NCBI GenBank assembly: GCA_016930155.1
Contig: JAFGHL010000018.1
Span: forward strand, 283 to 64,282
Direction of reading: 5' to 3'
Length of the DNA stretch: 64,000 nt
Source: Dehalococcoidia bacterium
GTDB taxonomy: Bacteria > Chloroflexota > Dehalococcoidia > GIF9 > UBA5629
In this document: in pieces, positions 1 to 10,053 of the stretch
Numbering within the stretch: the first letter of the stretch is position 1
Layout: the number at the start of each line of letters is the position of its first letter
Notes under the pieces: model-generated
The model's input: the letters and a program-made list of their open reading frames with translations, nothing else
Databases searched by the model: none
What the model was told of the DNA's origin: nothing
Made by a program: the position numbers and the translations under genes

Positions 1-1090
1 GCATAGCATAGTAGTTTTCAATCTTGACATAGTTGGCCACGGAGTTACCCGTACCCATGCAGTAGCCCCCACCCGGGGCGCAGTGCTCGAGTATCCGGCG
101 CGTTCGCTGCGCTACCTGCTCCGCGGTGCCGTTGGCCATCAGGTCCATATCTACTCCCCCCAGGATAGCCAATCGGTCGTGAAATTTATCGTACCACTTC
201 TCTACCGGCAAGATGGTGTCTTCGAAGCTGTGCCTGGCATCTATACCCGCGTCGATCAGGTCATCCATAATGGACATAACCTGTCCGCAAGAGTGGAGCA
301 GGAACAGTTTCCCGTGCCTGTGACATGCATCGCTGATGCGTTTCAGCCTGGGCATATAGTATTTCCGTAAAAAGCGCGGCGATAAAATAGTGCCGCCTTT
401 AAAGCCCAGGTCATCGGAATAAAAGATGGCGCCGGCGCCCGGGTGAGCCGCACACAAACCGACTGCATGTTCAGCAATGCGCGTCAGTTGCTCTAAGATA
501 TCCTCAACCAAATCCGGCTCTTCGATACTTTTAATTGCCATATGCTGGGTGCCCATCAGCTCACTCAGGTCCTCATAGACCCCGTTGAACATCACCATGA
601 TCTTCATGCCGTCGGGAATACAGCCGGCCGCGTAATCCAGCGGCAGCAGACTGATTTGATCCAATGCAGGCCACTTGAATTCTTCATATTCAGCGCAGCT
701 GGTGATAATACCCTGCCCTTCTTCCTTCCAGGCGCGTTTTTGACGCCGAGGGTCATCGTCTGCAGCCAGTTCCCTTCTTGTCTTGGTGAGCGGGACTATG
801 GGGATCATTGTCACGTAATCGTATCCAACCGCTTTGCTGAAGGCTATACTGAGGTCCATCAGCCTGATCCCCATCTCCAAAGCTTCCTGGTCATCGATCA
901 ACTTACCGGTATTAGTGGCAAGTTCCACGGCCCTGGCCGAGGGATAGTCGATTCCCGTAACCTCGGACATGATCTCGGCATCCGGGAACAACTCAATTAG
1001 AGGCACCGGCCCCTCCTTCGTTTCACGCCGCAACACCTTTTCCATGTAGTCCCAATCATAGGTCGTTTTGAACGGTCGCGGAATCGTCAT
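1..1090 (-). CDS. Uroporphyrinogen decarboxylase (URO-D) family protein, MtaA/CmuA-like; C-terminal end runs off the window
   Basis: Absent from the ORF track because it is open to the window edge. Manual minus-strand translation from ATG at 1090 (GGAGGGGG a few nt upstream) reads MTIPRPFKTTYDWDYMEKVLRRETKEGPVPLIELFPDAEIMSEV...LFLLHSCGQVMSIMDDLIDAGIDARHSFEDTI...GGGYCMGTGNSV and stays open to position 1. The layout is typical of URO-D-family TIM barrels. Plus-strand ORFs 83..370 and 542..1000 are antisense shadows. Confidence 0.7.
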   Translation of the reverse strand, partial: MTIPRPFKTTYDWDYMEKVLRRETKEGPVPLIELFPDAEIMSEVTGIDYPSARAVELATNTGKLIDDQEALEMGIRLMDLSIAFSKAVGYDYVTMIPIVPLTKTRRELAADDDPRRQKRAWKEEGQGIITSCAEYEEFKWPALDQISLLPLDYAAGCIPDGMKIMVMFNGVYEDLSELMGTQHMAIKSIEEPDLVEDILEQLTRIAEHAVGLCAAHPGAGAIFYSDDLGFKGGTILSPRFLRKYYMPRLKRISDACHRHGKLFLLHSCGQVMSIMDDLIDAGIDARHSFEDTILPVEKWYDKFHDRLAILGGVDMDLMANGTAEQVAQRTRRILEHCAPGGGYCMGTGNSVANYVKIENYYAM

Positions 1091-1155
1091 CGGATCCCCC
1101 TCCTGTAATCTGCATTGGCATGGATATTATAAGCCGGCATAGAATATGTGCCATA

Positions 1156-2019
1156 TCAAGCTACGTTCGTAATGCGCATACACCTGTTGATACCGGCCAG
1201 ATCTTTGACCAGTGCCACATCTGAGCCGGGCAAGATATCGCGAATAATCTGCCCTAACCGCTCTTCCTGACCTGCTCCTATTTCGAGGAGGAGAGCGCTG
1301 TCGGAGGCCATTTTATTCAGCGCCTGTGATAGCATAGTCTCGATAATCTCGGTGCCACGGTCACCTCCATCCAGCGCTAATATTGGCTCGTGCAGGTAAA
1401 TCTCGGGCTGGAGCCCTGCCAGCTCCACGCTCCGTATGTACGGTAGATTGGCCACGATTAAATCCATTTTCTGATTTATTTGCTCCAGTAAATTTCCTTG
1501 AACCAGCGTTATTCTTTTACCTAGTCCATGGCAATGAACGTTTATGACGGCAACCTCCAGCGCAGCGGGTGAGATATCCACGGCGTACAGGTGAGCCTCA
1601 GGTATATTGGCCGCCAGCGCGATGGCGATGGCGCCGCAGCCGGTGCCAACGTCCGCCGCCAGCATCCTTCTTCGGTTACGCAGAGCCCTTGAGCGCTGAA
1701 ATTCAATAGCAGCCTCCACCAGTGTCTCTGTCTCAGGTCTGGGTATCAGGACCCGGGGGTCAACGAAAAGGCTGAGGCCGTAAAATTCTTTCTCACCTGT
1801 GATATAAGCTGCAGGTTCGCGGCGCAGCCTGCGTTCCGTCATCCCCTCCAGCAGCGTTAGCTCACTGCCTGTCAGCGTCCTCTCCAGTTGTGATAACATT
1901 GCAGCTTTGTTCAAACGCAGAGCGTGGCAGAGCAGCGCCATAGCCTCATCCCCCGCCTCACCTATATCCACCTCACGAAAAACAGTGGTGTATTTACGCA
2001 GCCACTCTGCGCAGGTCAC
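1156..2019 (-). CDS. prmC: Peptide chain release factor N5-glutamine methyltransferase (PrmC/HemK)
   Basis: SAM-binding motif [13 protein letters not shown] and catalytic-motif position reading ANLPYI (NLPY instead of NPPY). GTGA overlap with the upstream prfA stop; conserved prfA-prmC synteny. Confidence 0.88.
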   Translation of the reverse strand: MTCAEWLRKYTTVFREVDIGEAGDEAMALLCHALRLNKAAMLSQLERTLTGSELTLLEGMTERRLRREPAAYITGEKEFYGLSLFVDPRVLIPRPETETLVEAAIEFQRSRALRNRRRMLAADVGTGCGAIAIALAANIPEAHLYAVDISPAALEVAVINVHCHGLGKRITLVQGNLLEQINQKMDLIVANLPYIRSVELAGLQPEIYLHEPILALDGGDRGTEIIETMLSQALNKMASDSALLLEIGAGQEERLGQIIRDILPGSDVALVKDLAGINRCMRITNVA

Positions 2020-3086
2020 AACTTGCTTTCCTGAAGCAGCTGCGACTGCTCCTCATCGGCCAGCGCATCGATGAGCTTATCCAGGTCGCCGTCCAAAATA
2101 CGTGGCAGCCCGTGCAGGCTGAGATTGATGCGGTGATCGGTCATGCGATCCTGAGGGAAGTTGTAGGTGCGGATCTTCTCGGACCTGTCCCCGCTGCCTA
2201 TCTGCGACCTGCGCTCTTCAGTGAGCTCGTCCTGCTGCTTGCGCTGCTCGATATCGTATAGCCTGGACCTCAGCACCGCCATGGCTTTGAGCTTATTGCG
2301 GAGCTGCGACCGCTCGTCCTGGCAGATTGCAACGATTCCTGTGGGTACATGTGTGATACGCACAGCCGTGCTAAGCTTGTTGACGTTCTGCCCGCCGGCG
2401 CCACCGCTGCGAAAGATGTCGATCCGCAGGTCCTCCTGGTTGATATGCACGTCTATCTCTTCCGCTTCAGGCAACACCGCTACCGTAGCTGCGGATGTAT
2501 GTATCCTGCCCGAAGCCTCGGTGACAGGCACGCGCTGTACGCGATGCACGCCGCGTTCGTACTTGAGATGGCCGTAGGCGCCTTTTCCCTTGACTTCAAA
2601 GATGATCTCCTTGAAGCCGCCCATCTCATTCTGGTTGCTATCGATTATCTCTATCTGCCAGCCTTTGGTTTGTGCGTAGCGTGAATACATCCGGTACAAA
2701 TCCGCCGCAAAAAGAGCCGCCTCGTCACCTCCCGTACCGGCTCTGATCTCCACGATAGCGTCCTTGTCCTTGTTGGCGTCTTTCGGCACGAGACTCAGAC
2801 GTAAAGCCTCGCCCAATGCCTGCTCCGAAGCCTTCAGCTCAGCGAGTTCTTCCCTGGCCATGGACAACATGTCAGCGTCCAATCCACCCAGGATCATAGC
2901 CTGCGTATCGGCAATGGACTTCTCCACCGCTTTGTACTGTCTGTATTTGTTGACAGCATCTTCAACGCCGGCTCGCTCCTGCGAGAGCGCCTGTACGCGC
3001 TGGAAATCATTGTAGACTTCCGGCTGGGCGATCATTTCGCCCAGTTCCTCATAGCGCTTTTCAATTGCTTCAAGCTTCTCAAACAT
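2016..3086 (-). CDS. prfA: Peptide chain release factor 1
   Basis: GGQ motif ([11 protein letters not shown]), RF1-type P-V-T tripeptide ([14 protein letters not shown]), 356 aa. Confidence 0.97.
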   Translation of the reverse strand: MFEKLEAIEKRYEELGEMIAQPEVYNDFQRVQALSQERAGVEDAVNKYRQYKAVEKSIADTQAMILGGLDADMLSMAREELAELKASEQALGEALRLSLVPKDANKDKDAIVEIRAGTGGDEAALFAADLYRMYSRYAQTKGWQIEIIDSNQNEMGGFKEIIFEVKGKGAYGHLKYERGVHRVQRVPVTEASGRIHTSAATVAVLPEAEEIDVHINQEDLRIDIFRSGGAGGQNVNKLSTAVRITHVPTGIVAICQDERSQLRNKLKAMAVLRSRLYDIEQRKQQDELTEERRSQIGSGDRSEKIRTYNFPQDRMTDHRINLSLHGLPRILDGDLDKLIDALADEEQSQLLQESKL

Positions 3087-3260
3087 TACTCAGTCCTGCA
3101 AATGCACATGGCATTATAGCATCGTAGCTTGAACACGCTCAAATTACAGCAGTCTGGCTGTCACGCAGTATAAGATTAAATAGATCATTAAACTATGTTA
3201 CACTAATAGATAATCGACCTGCTCTGGACAACGTTGCCGACTTAATAGAGGAGAAGTCAA

Positions 3261-3470
3261 ATGGCCGAGGAAATTATCTTTTTAGTGGAAGAATCGCCCG
3301 AAGGGGGCTACCAGGCGAAAGCACTGGGCCATTCAATATTTACAGAAGCCGATGACATTGAGCAATTGAAAACCATGGCGCTGGATGCGGTTATGTGTCA
3401 TTTTCCGGAAAGTGACCGGCCTGCGCTTATCAGGCTGCACATGGTAAAGGATGAGGTCATCAAAGTATGA
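3261..3470 (+). CDS. hicB: HicB-like antitoxin (short form without a DNA-binding domain)
   Basis: 69 aa; EESPEGGYQAKALGHSIFTEADDIEQLKTMALDAV resembles the HicB/UPF0150 fold. ATGA overlap with the downstream HicA-like gene; GAGGAG RBS upstream. Confidence 0.65.
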   Translation: MAEEIIFLVEESPEGGYQAKALGHSIFTEADDIEQLKTMALDAVMCHFPESDRPALIRLHMVKDEVIKV

Positions 3471-3712
3471 AGCTGCCGCGTAATATCGGTGGCGAGAAAC
3501 TTGTTTCACTTCTAACGCGGTATGGATATCGGGAAAGCCATCGTACCGGCAGTCACATCAAAATAACCAGTAATATCAAAGGCGCTGAGCATCATATAAC
3601 CATACCGGCACATAATCCTATACGGGTCGGCACCCTGAACAATATCATAAACGACCTGTCAGTATACCTTGAAATAGCTAAGCATACTCTTATTAAAGAG
3701 CTATTTGATTAA
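3467..3712 (+). CDS. hicA: HicA/YcfA-family mRNA interferase toxin
   Basis: 81 aa; GEKLVSLLTRYGYRESHRTGSHIKIT matches the HicA core (G..L.k.L...Gf...r..GSH) including the conserved His. Translationally coupled to the upstream gene. Confidence 0.75.
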   Translation: MKLPRNIGGEKLVSLLTRYGYRESHRTGSHIKITSNIKGAEHHITIPAHNPIRVGTLNNIINDLSVYLEIAKHTLIKELFD

Positions 3713-3760
3713 TTCCTGATAAAGAAAACCACCTCTCCGATTTGAGTTTTGGAGGTTAAG

Positions 3761-4531
3761 ATGAGTAATGGACAGCTTCAGGGAGCGGTATTGCAGGGCG
3801 CAAGGCGAATATGGGTATTTGCGCTGCTGGGCGCGACACTGTTGCTGGCCGGATCGGTCTTCGGCGTCGACTGGACCAATTATTTTTACGGCACAGGCAG
3901 CCTCTATCCCGCCATCGCCAAGCCGGGTATCACCCTTCTGTCGATGATCATCGTACTTATCGCAGGAAGGTATGCGCTGGAGAGAAAGGACTGGACGCTG
4001 CTGCTGCTGGCCTTCTGCTGCATGCTACCCACCGATATATTAATGAGCGTGGTGGTCGCGGTGCCGGGTATGACTGTGGGAGGATTGACCTTCATGATCG
4101 GTGGAGTGCTGTCCATTATCGCCCACATCTTCCTGATCATTCGCGTGGGCCGCGGGTTTGGATATTTCAAGAGTTTTAAACTCGCTGAGATTTGGTTACC
4201 GGTACTTATCTACGGATCGGCGGTGGTGGTTATGCTGGTGCTGTGGAATGACGTGGTGCGCGTCGGACATGCCGTGATCGGGCCGGCCTACACAGCTTTC
4301 TTCTGTACTACTACCTGGCTGGCCTGGGAGACGGTGCGCCGCAAGCTCTATCCCGCACCAAATGCCTGGATGGTTGCAATAGCAGCTACCTGCTGGTATG
4401 CCACTGAGATCACCGGGGAGGTCTATAACCTGGGCCTGGGAAACATCTCACAGGTGATGTTTTGTCTGGTCTGGGTGTTTTACGGTACCAACGTGGTGCT
4501 CTGGGCGCTGAGCGGATATAGATGGAAATAG
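3761..4531 (+). CDS. Polytopic integral membrane protein of unknown function (possibly YhhN-like)
   Basis: About 8 hydrophobic helices by eye. I moved the start to ATG 3761 because GGAGG sits at 3751-3755; the track ORF starts at a TTG at 3749. The overlapping ORFs 3811..4179 (+) and 3904..4170 (-) look spurious. Confidence 0.55.
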   Translation: MSNGQLQGAVLQGARRIWVFALLGATLLLAGSVFGVDWTNYFYGTGSLYPAIAKPGITLLSMIIVLIAGRYALERKDWTLLLLAFCCMLPTDILMSVVVAVPGMTVGGLTFMIGGVLSIIAHIFLIIRVGRGFGYFKSFKLAEIWLPVLIYGSAVVVMLVLWNDVVRVGHAVIGPAYTAFFCTTTWLAWETVRRKLYPAPNAWMVAIAATCWYATEITGEVYNLGLGNISQVMFCLVWVFYGTNVVLWALSGYRWK

Positions 4532-4535
4532 AATG

Positions 4536-4544
4536 TGCTATAAT
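4536..4544 (+). promoter_or_regulatory. Extended -10 promoter element (TGcTATAAT) for gatCA
   Basis: TGCTATAAT at 4536-4544, about 43 nt upstream of the gatC ATG. No good -35, which an extended -10 tolerates. Confidence 0.35.
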
Positions 4545-4586
4545 TTCCACCTGCTGAATCGACCTTAATTTTACAGGTGAACTGAT

Positions 4587-4874
4587 ATGAAACTTACGGA
4601 CGATGAAATCAGACATATAGCGCTCCTGGCCAGGTTGGGCATCTCCGATGCCGAGGTGGAGAAGTTCCGCACTCAGCTCTCCAACATCCTGGAGAACTTC
4701 GATATACTCAGCCAGGTTGACACAGAGGGGCTTCCGCCCACTGCTCAATCGATAGCCCTGGATAACATCTACCGCTCTGACGAGGCCGTACCTTCCCTGC
4801 CGGTCGACGAAGTCCTGGCCAATGCGCCCGACCGCGAGGAAAACTGCTTCAAGGTCAACGCAGTCCTGGAGTAA
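4587..4874 (+). CDS. gatC: Asp/Glu-tRNA(Asn/Gln) amidotransferase subunit C
   Basis: 95 aa; MKLTDDEIRHIALLARLGISDAEVEKF is a typical GatC N-terminus. Lies immediately upstream of gatA. Confidence 0.92.
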   Translation: MKLTDDEIRHIALLARLGISDAEVEKFRTQLSNILENFDILSQVDTEGLPPTAQSIALDNIYRSDEAVPSLPVDEVLANAPDREENCFKVNAVLE

Positions 4875-4877
4875 CCT

Positions 4878-6341
4878 ATGAACAACCTTCATCGCCTGAC
4901 CATCCACGAGTCTCACGCATTGCTCAAAGAGAAAAAAATCTCTTCGGTCGAGCTGACGCGCGCTGTTTTGAAACACCTCGAACCCATCGACAGCAAGATC
5001 CATGCCTGCATGCGCATTACGTCCGAGCAGGCGATGGCAAGCGCTGCGGCTGCGGATAGGGCAATCGCTGAGGGCAACTGCAACCCCCTGACCGGCGTGC
5101 CGGCCATCATCAAGGATAATATGTGCACCAGGGGCATCACCACCACCTGCTCCTCCAAAATGCTGGAGCACTTCGTGCCGCCCTACGACGCGCATGTTAT
5201 AGAGAAACTTAATTCGGTCAATGCCGTGATGGTGGGCAAGGCCAACATGGACGAGTTCGCCATGGGCTCCTCCACGGAAAACTCGGCCTTCTTTACCACG
5301 CGCAATCCCTGGAAGCCGGACTGCGTGCCGGGTGGGAGTAGCGGCGGCTCAGCAGCAGCAGTTTCTGCCGACGCCTGCATTTATGCCCTGGGCTCCGACA
5401 CCGGCGGCAGCATACGCCAGCCTGCGGGATTCTGCGGCGTGGTGGGGCTCAAGCCCACCTACGGACGCGTCAGCCGCTACGGGCTGGTGGCCTTCGCCAG
5501 CTCGCTGGACCAGATCGGGCCGCTGGCCAAAGACGTCACAGACGCCGCTCTGATCATGAATGTAATCGCAGGACATGACAGGCGCGATTCAACCACTGTG
5601 CCGCTGGAGGTACCCGACTACTCCAGAGCACTGAAATCGAACATCAAAGGCCTGCGCGTCGGAGTACCGCGCGAGTACCTGGTTGAGGGGATGCAGCCCG
5701 CCGTCCGTAAGTCCATAGATGATGCAGTTAAAAAGCTTGAAGAGCTTGGCGCAAAAGTCGACTGGGACGTCTCTCTGCCCAATACCAGGTTCGGACTGGC
5801 CGCCTACTATATCCTCGCACCCTCTGAGGCTTCAGCCAACCTTGCACGCTACGACGGTGTGAAATACGGCTACTCCTATCGCGAGACCACCAGCATGTGG
5901 GAATCGATGGAGAGGACCAAACAGCACGGCTTCGGAGCGGAGGTCAAACGGCGTATCATGCTGGGCACCTACGCCCTCTCCGCCGGCTACTACGACGCAT
6001 ACTACCTGAAAGCACAGAAAGTGCGCACCCTGATCAAACGCGATTTCGACCGGGCCTTTGAGAAGTACGATGTCCTGGTCACACCCACATCGCCCACCGT
6101 GGCCTTCAAGATCGGTGAGAAGGCCGATGATCCGGTACAGATGTACCTCAGCGACGTTTGCACACTTCCCATCAACATCGCCGGTGTTCCCGCTATATCC
6201 ATACCCGCCGGATTCGTGGACGGCCTGCCGGTAGGATTGCAGTTCATTGGCAAACACTTCAGCGAGGAAACCCTGCTGCGCACCGCCTATACCTTCGAGC
6301 AAGCCACACCCTGGCATAACCAGAAGCCGGCCATCATGTAA
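4878..6341 (+). CDS. gatA: Glutamyl-tRNA(Gln) amidotransferase subunit A
   Basis: Amidase signature [11 protein letters not shown]; 487 aa; gatC-gatA synteny. Confidence 0.97.
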   Translation: MNNLHRLTIHESHALLKEKKISSVELTRAVLKHLEPIDSKIHACMRITSEQAMASAAAADRAIAEGNCNPLTGVPAIIKDNMCTRGITTTCSSKMLEHFVPPYDAHVIEKLNSVNAVMVGKANMDEFAMGSSTENSAFFTTRNPWKPDCVPGGSSGGSAAAVSADACIYALGSDTGGSIRQPAGFCGVVGLKPTYGRVSRYGLVAFASSLDQIGPLAKDVTDAALIMNVIAGHDRRDSTTVPLEVPDYSRALKSNIKGLRVGVPREYLVEGMQPAVRKSIDDAVKKLEELGAKVDWDVSLPNTRFGLAAYYILAPSEASANLARYDGVKYGYSYRETTSMWESMERTKQHGFGAEVKRRIMLGTYALSAGYYDAYYLKAQKVRTLIKRDFDRAFEKYDVLVTPTSPTVAFKIGEKADDPVQMYLSDVCTLPINIAGVPAISIPAGFVDGLPVGLQFIGKHFSEETLLRTAYTFEQATPWHNQKPAIM

Positions 6342-6360
6342 CGATGCACATTGGTCTTTT

Positions 6361-6425
6361 CGGGCGGATTTAAAAACGCACCCCTACTTTTACTCCATGT
6401 AGGGACGAACCTTCAGGTGCACCCT
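6361..6425. repeat. Degenerate copy of a GC-rich hairpin (REP-like) element; possible gatA terminator
   Basis: CGGGCGGATTTAAAAACGCACCCCTAC...GGGACGAACCTTCAGGTGCACCCT aligns by eye with 10099-10163 (CGGGCGGGTTTGAAAACCCGCCCCTAC...GGGGGCGCACCTTCAGGTGCGCCCCC), but both stems carry mismatches. Confidence 0.45.
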
Positions 6426-6535
6426 CTGTTTTCGGGCCCTGTGATAAGCCATCGTATTAATAGTTCTGTTACTTTACCTGGCTGTTTTGTTATAATACGG
6501 CTTACCCGAAAATTCAGGCTATTCGAGGAGGCGTT

Positions 6536-7024
6536 ATGGAAAACGAAAAGAAAATCTTCGAGGCGCTGGAAAATAATGCCAAGCTGACCCACGAGCAGGT
6601 CGCAGAGATGACCGGCGTGCCTGTCCATGATGTGCAGAAGATAATCAAGAAAGCTGAGAAGGACGGCACCATCGTCAAATACAAAACCGTCATCAACTGG
6701 TCCAAGCTCGGTGAGGAACAGGTGTGGGCGCTGGTTGAGGTAAAGGTGGTCCCACAGAGGGATACCGGTTTCGGGGCCATCGCCGAACGCATCTATCGCT
6801 TCCCCCAGGCCAAATCGGTCTTCCTGGCATCCGGCACCTACGACCTGGCCATACTCATAGCCGGCAAGACCATGCAGGAGATCGCTGTTTTCGTCTCCGA
6901 AAAACTGGCGCCTATGGAGACCGTCCAGGGCACGATAACCCATTTTATACTCAAGAAATACAAGGAGGACGGTGTCATCTTCGAGGATGACGGCGAACCG
7001 CGGCGACTGGGCGTCGTAGCCTGA
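6536..7024 (+). CDS. Lrp/AsnC family transcriptional regulator
   Basis: 162 aa. N-terminal HTH (KIFEALENNAKLTHEQVAEMTGVPVHDVQKIIKKAEKDGTI) followed by an AsnC-type ligand domain (ALVEVKV...). GAGGAGG RBS. Confidence 0.85.
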   Translation: MENEKKIFEALENNAKLTHEQVAEMTGVPVHDVQKIIKKAEKDGTIVKYKTVINWSKLGEEQVWALVEVKVVPQRDTGFGAIAERIYRFPQAKSVFLASGTYDLAILIAGKTMQEIAVFVSEKLAPMETVQGTITHFILKKYKEDGVIFEDDGEPRRLGVVA

Positions 7025-7059
7025 CCCCCACCCATAATCCCTATTAGAGGAGACTCCAC

Positions 7060-8253
7060 ATGACGCATCAGATTAAAAAAAACAAATGCAGATATATATC
7101 AAAAAAGGCGCGCGATATTTCGCCGTCAGGCATCAGGAAGTATTTCGACCTGCTGTCCCACATGGATGGCGCCATCTCTCTCGGCGTAGGAGAACCGGAT
7201 TTCGTAACCCCCTGGCCTCTGCGCGAGGCCGGTATCACTGCCATCGAGAAAGGCTTCACAATGTACACATCCAACCGGGGCATTCCCGAACTGAGAGAAT
7301 CTATCGCAAGATACCACACTAAATTCTACGACCTCAATTACGATCCGAAGTCGGAGATTCTGGTGACCACTGGCAGCAGCGAAGCGCTCGACCTGGCTTT
7401 CAGGGCCATTATCGATCCGGGTGACGAGGTTATCATGTCCGATCCGCATTACGTGGCCTACCCGGTTTGCGTTGCCCTGGCCGGCGGTGTGCCGGTGCCC
7501 GTGCCGACCTATGAGAAAAATAATTTTGAGCTGATGCCGGCCGACATCAGGAAGCAACTGACAAGCAAGACCAAGGCCATACTGCTGAGCTTCCCCTCCA
7601 ATCCGACCGGTGCGATCATGCCCAGGAAGCTGCTGCTGGAGATAGCCATAATTGCTAACGAGCATGATCTGCTGGTGGTCTCGGACGAGATATATGCCCG
7701 CCTCACCTACGGCATGGAGCATACCTGCATGGCCGGTTTGCCGGGCATGAGGGACAGGACCATACTGATCGGCGGATTCTCCAAGGCTTTCGCCATGACG
7801 GGATGGCGCGTTGGATTTTCCCTGGCCAACCCGGAGATTACCGAGGCCATGCTCAAGGTACACCAGTACACTATGATGTGCGCCCCCATCATGGGCCAGT
7901 TGGCCGCCTTAGAGGCGCTGAAGGACAGCAATGACCGGGAGGTTGAGGACATGCTGGCCGAGTATGACAGGCGCCGGCATGTTATCGTCAAGGGATTCAG
8001 AGACCTGGGCCTGTCCTGCTTCGAACCCAAAGGCGCTTTCTACGCCTTCCCCAACATTACGTCCACCGGTATGACGTCCGAGGAATTTGCCGAGGAGTTG
8101 CTGACCGAGGAGAAGGTGGCCGTGGTGCCCGGATCGGTCTTCGGAAAATGCGGCCAGGGCTACGTGCGCTGCTGTTACGCCACATCTATGCCGGATATCG
8201 AAGAAGCCCTTAAGAGGATCAAGAAATTCCTGGCGCGGCGCCGCAGGAAGTAG
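7060..8253 (+). CDS. Class I/II PLP-dependent aminotransferase (aspartate/aromatic type)
   Basis: 397 aa. PLP-lysine motif GGFSKAFAMTGWRVGF and SNPTGA motif. Substrate not inferable by eye. Confidence 0.9.
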   Translation: MTHQIKKNKCRYISKKARDISPSGIRKYFDLLSHMDGAISLGVGEPDFVTPWPLREAGITAIEKGFTMYTSNRGIPELRESIARYHTKFYDLNYDPKSEILVTTGSSEALDLAFRAIIDPGDEVIMSDPHYVAYPVCVALAGGVPVPVPTYEKNNFELMPADIRKQLTSKTKAILLSFPSNPTGAIMPRKLLLEIAIIANEHDLLVVSDEIYARLTYGMEHTCMAGLPGMRDRTILIGGFSKAFAMTGWRVGFSLANPEITEAMLKVHQYTMMCAPIMGQLAALEALKDSNDREVEDMLAEYDRRRHVIVKGFRDLGLSCFEPKGAFYAFPNITSTGMTSEEFAEELLTEEKVAVVPGSVFGKCGQGYVRCCYATSMPDIEEALKRIKKFLARRRRK

Positions 8254-9066
8254 TTACTTTTTAACCAGCCAATCTCTGAATACACGGCCGAGGCGGGGAT
8301 TGGCGGCAATGATCTCTCTGTCGTGAATAGTGGCAAGCCGTCCCGCGTAATTTGTCACCTCACCTCCCGCTTCTCCGATCAGTAACAATCCGCTGGCTGA
8401 ATCCCATGGATAAAGGCTCCTGTGGAAGTAAAGGCTCAGCCGTCCGGCTGCGACGTAGGCCATTCCCAGGCTGGACGACCCTATCAACCTCATACAATGT
8501 ATCTTCGGCCACAACTTCATCGCCGTCTCCAGAAGATCGTTGCTTCTTTCCGCGTCATAGCCAAGGTCCACGCCGACCGCGGCGTCCTCCAGTTCGACGA
8601 CATCCGCCACCCCGATTCTTTTATTGTTCAAGTATGCGCCTCCACCCCTAACAGCCCTGTATATCTCATTGCGCATGGGATCGAAAGTAATGCCCAGCAA
8701 TACCTCATTACGCCGGGCCAGGGCGATATTTACACAGAACAGTGGCATCCCGAAATGGAAGTTGTTGGTGCCGTCCAGGGGATCGATGATCCAGATATAT
8801 TCACTGCCTTCCCTTCTATTCCCCACCTCCTCAGACATAATCCCGTGCTCTGGAAATGCAGCGGTAATGATCTTAAGTATGGTTTTCTCCGACAGCAGGT
8901 CGGCTTCGGTAACCAGATTGCGCCTGCCCTTGACCTCTATCGCGTTATGACGGCCGAAGCGCTGCCGCAGTATCCTGCCTGCCTCAACGGCAGCGTGCCT
9001 GGCCACCAGATATGCTGATTTCCCCTGCACGGATATCGGGAGTGAGGCGGATGGCTTCTCAGTCAT
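8254..9066 (-). CDS. Inositol monophosphatase family protein (SuhB/HisN-type)
   Basis: WIIDPLDGTNNF and YPWDSASG motifs; 270 aa. Substrate unknown; could be IMPase or a HisN-like histidinol-phosphatase. Confidence 0.88.
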   Translation of the reverse strand: MTEKPSASLPISVQGKSAYLVARHAAVEAGRILRQRFGRHNAIEVKGRRNLVTEADLLSEKTILKIITAAFPEHGIMSEEVGNRREGSEYIWIIDPLDGTNNFHFGMPLFCVNIALARRNEVLLGITFDPMRNEIYRAVRGGGAYLNNKRIGVADVVELEDAAVGVDLGYDAERSNDLLETAMKLWPKIHCMRLIGSSSLGMAYVAAGRLSLYFHRSLYPWDSASGLLLIGEAGGEVTNYAGRLATIHDREIIAANPRLGRVFRDWLVKK

Positions 9067-10042
9067 GCCTATTGAGGCCCATCTTGAGCTTGACTTCGCC
9101 GATGGTCTTACTTGCTATGGTATGAGCGCGTCCCGCGCCGTCGGCCAGTATCTCGTAAATATGATCGGGGTTTTGCGCAAGCTTTGCCCGTTTCTCGCGG
9201 AAATCTTTGAGGCTGCTGTTAATGCCGGCCGCCAGCAACTTCTTGCAATCTACGCAGCCTATGCCCGCCGCCCTGCATTGCGACTCGATCTCCTGAACAC
9301 GCGATTCATTGAAGAACTTCTGCAGGCTGAAAACATTGCAGACCTCCGGATGCCCCGGGTCGTTGCGGCGCTGCCTGGCAGGATCGGTCACGGCCGTCTT
9401 TACCCTCTCCAGCGTCTCCTCGGGGGTCGCGGCCAGCTCGATGTGGTTGTTATATGACTTGCCCATTTTCTGGCCACCGTCCAGTCCGCGCACCATGGGG
9501 AAGTTGGTAAGCCTGGCCTGCGGCTCGGGGAAGGTCTCGCCGAAGATGTAGTTGAAGCGGCGCACTATCTCACGAGTCATCTCGAGATGGGGCAGCTGGT
9601 CCTCGCCCACCGGAACGGCATCCGACTTGTAAAGCATTATGTCGGCGGCCATCAGAACAGGGTAGCCGACCAGTCCGAAGTTTACGTTCTGCGGCTGCAT
9701 CCTGGCCTTCTCTTTGAAGGTGGGTACGCGCAGCAACCAGCCCAGCGGGGTGAGCATGCCCAGCAGGGTGAACAGCTCGGTCACCTCGGGAACATGCGAC
9801 TGCACGAAGACTATAGATCTCCTGGGATCGATGCCGGCGGCCAGCCAGTCGAGCGTCATCTCAAAGATGTTCTGCTGGAGCTCGGATGTGCTCTCAAGCG
9901 TTGTCAGCGCGTGCAAATCGACGATGCAGTAGATGCAATCATAATCGTCCTGCAGCTTGACGTAGTTCTGAATAGCGCCGATGTAATTGCCGATGTGCTG
10001 CCTGCCGGTAGGACGCGCCCCGGAGAAAACCCGTTTCCTCAT
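9059..10042 (-). CDS. trpS: Tryptophan--tRNA ligase with C-terminal four-Cys motif
   Basis: HIGH-type QHIGNY and KMSKS-type KMGKS motifs. Start trimmed to ATG 10042 (MRKRVFSGARPTG...), a normal TrpRS N-terminus; the 82-aa extension in the track ORF overlaps argS and a repeat element. Confidence 0.93.
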   Translation of the reverse strand: MRKRVFSGARPTGRQHIGNYIGAIQNYVKLQDDYDCIYCIVDLHALTTLESTSELQQNIFEMTLDWLAAGIDPRRSIVFVQSHVPEVTELFTLLGMLTPLGWLLRVPTFKEKARMQPQNVNFGLVGYPVLMAADIMLYKSDAVPVGEDQLPHLEMTREIVRRFNYIFGETFPEPQARLTNFPMVRGLDGGQKMGKSYNNHIELAATPEETLERVKTAVTDPARQRRNDPGHPEVCNVFSLQKFFNESRVQEIESQCRAAGIGCVDCKKLLAAGINSSLKDFREKRAKLAQNPDHIYEILADGAGRAHTIASKTIGEVKLKMGLNRHD

Positions 10043-10053
10043 AACAGGGGAAA

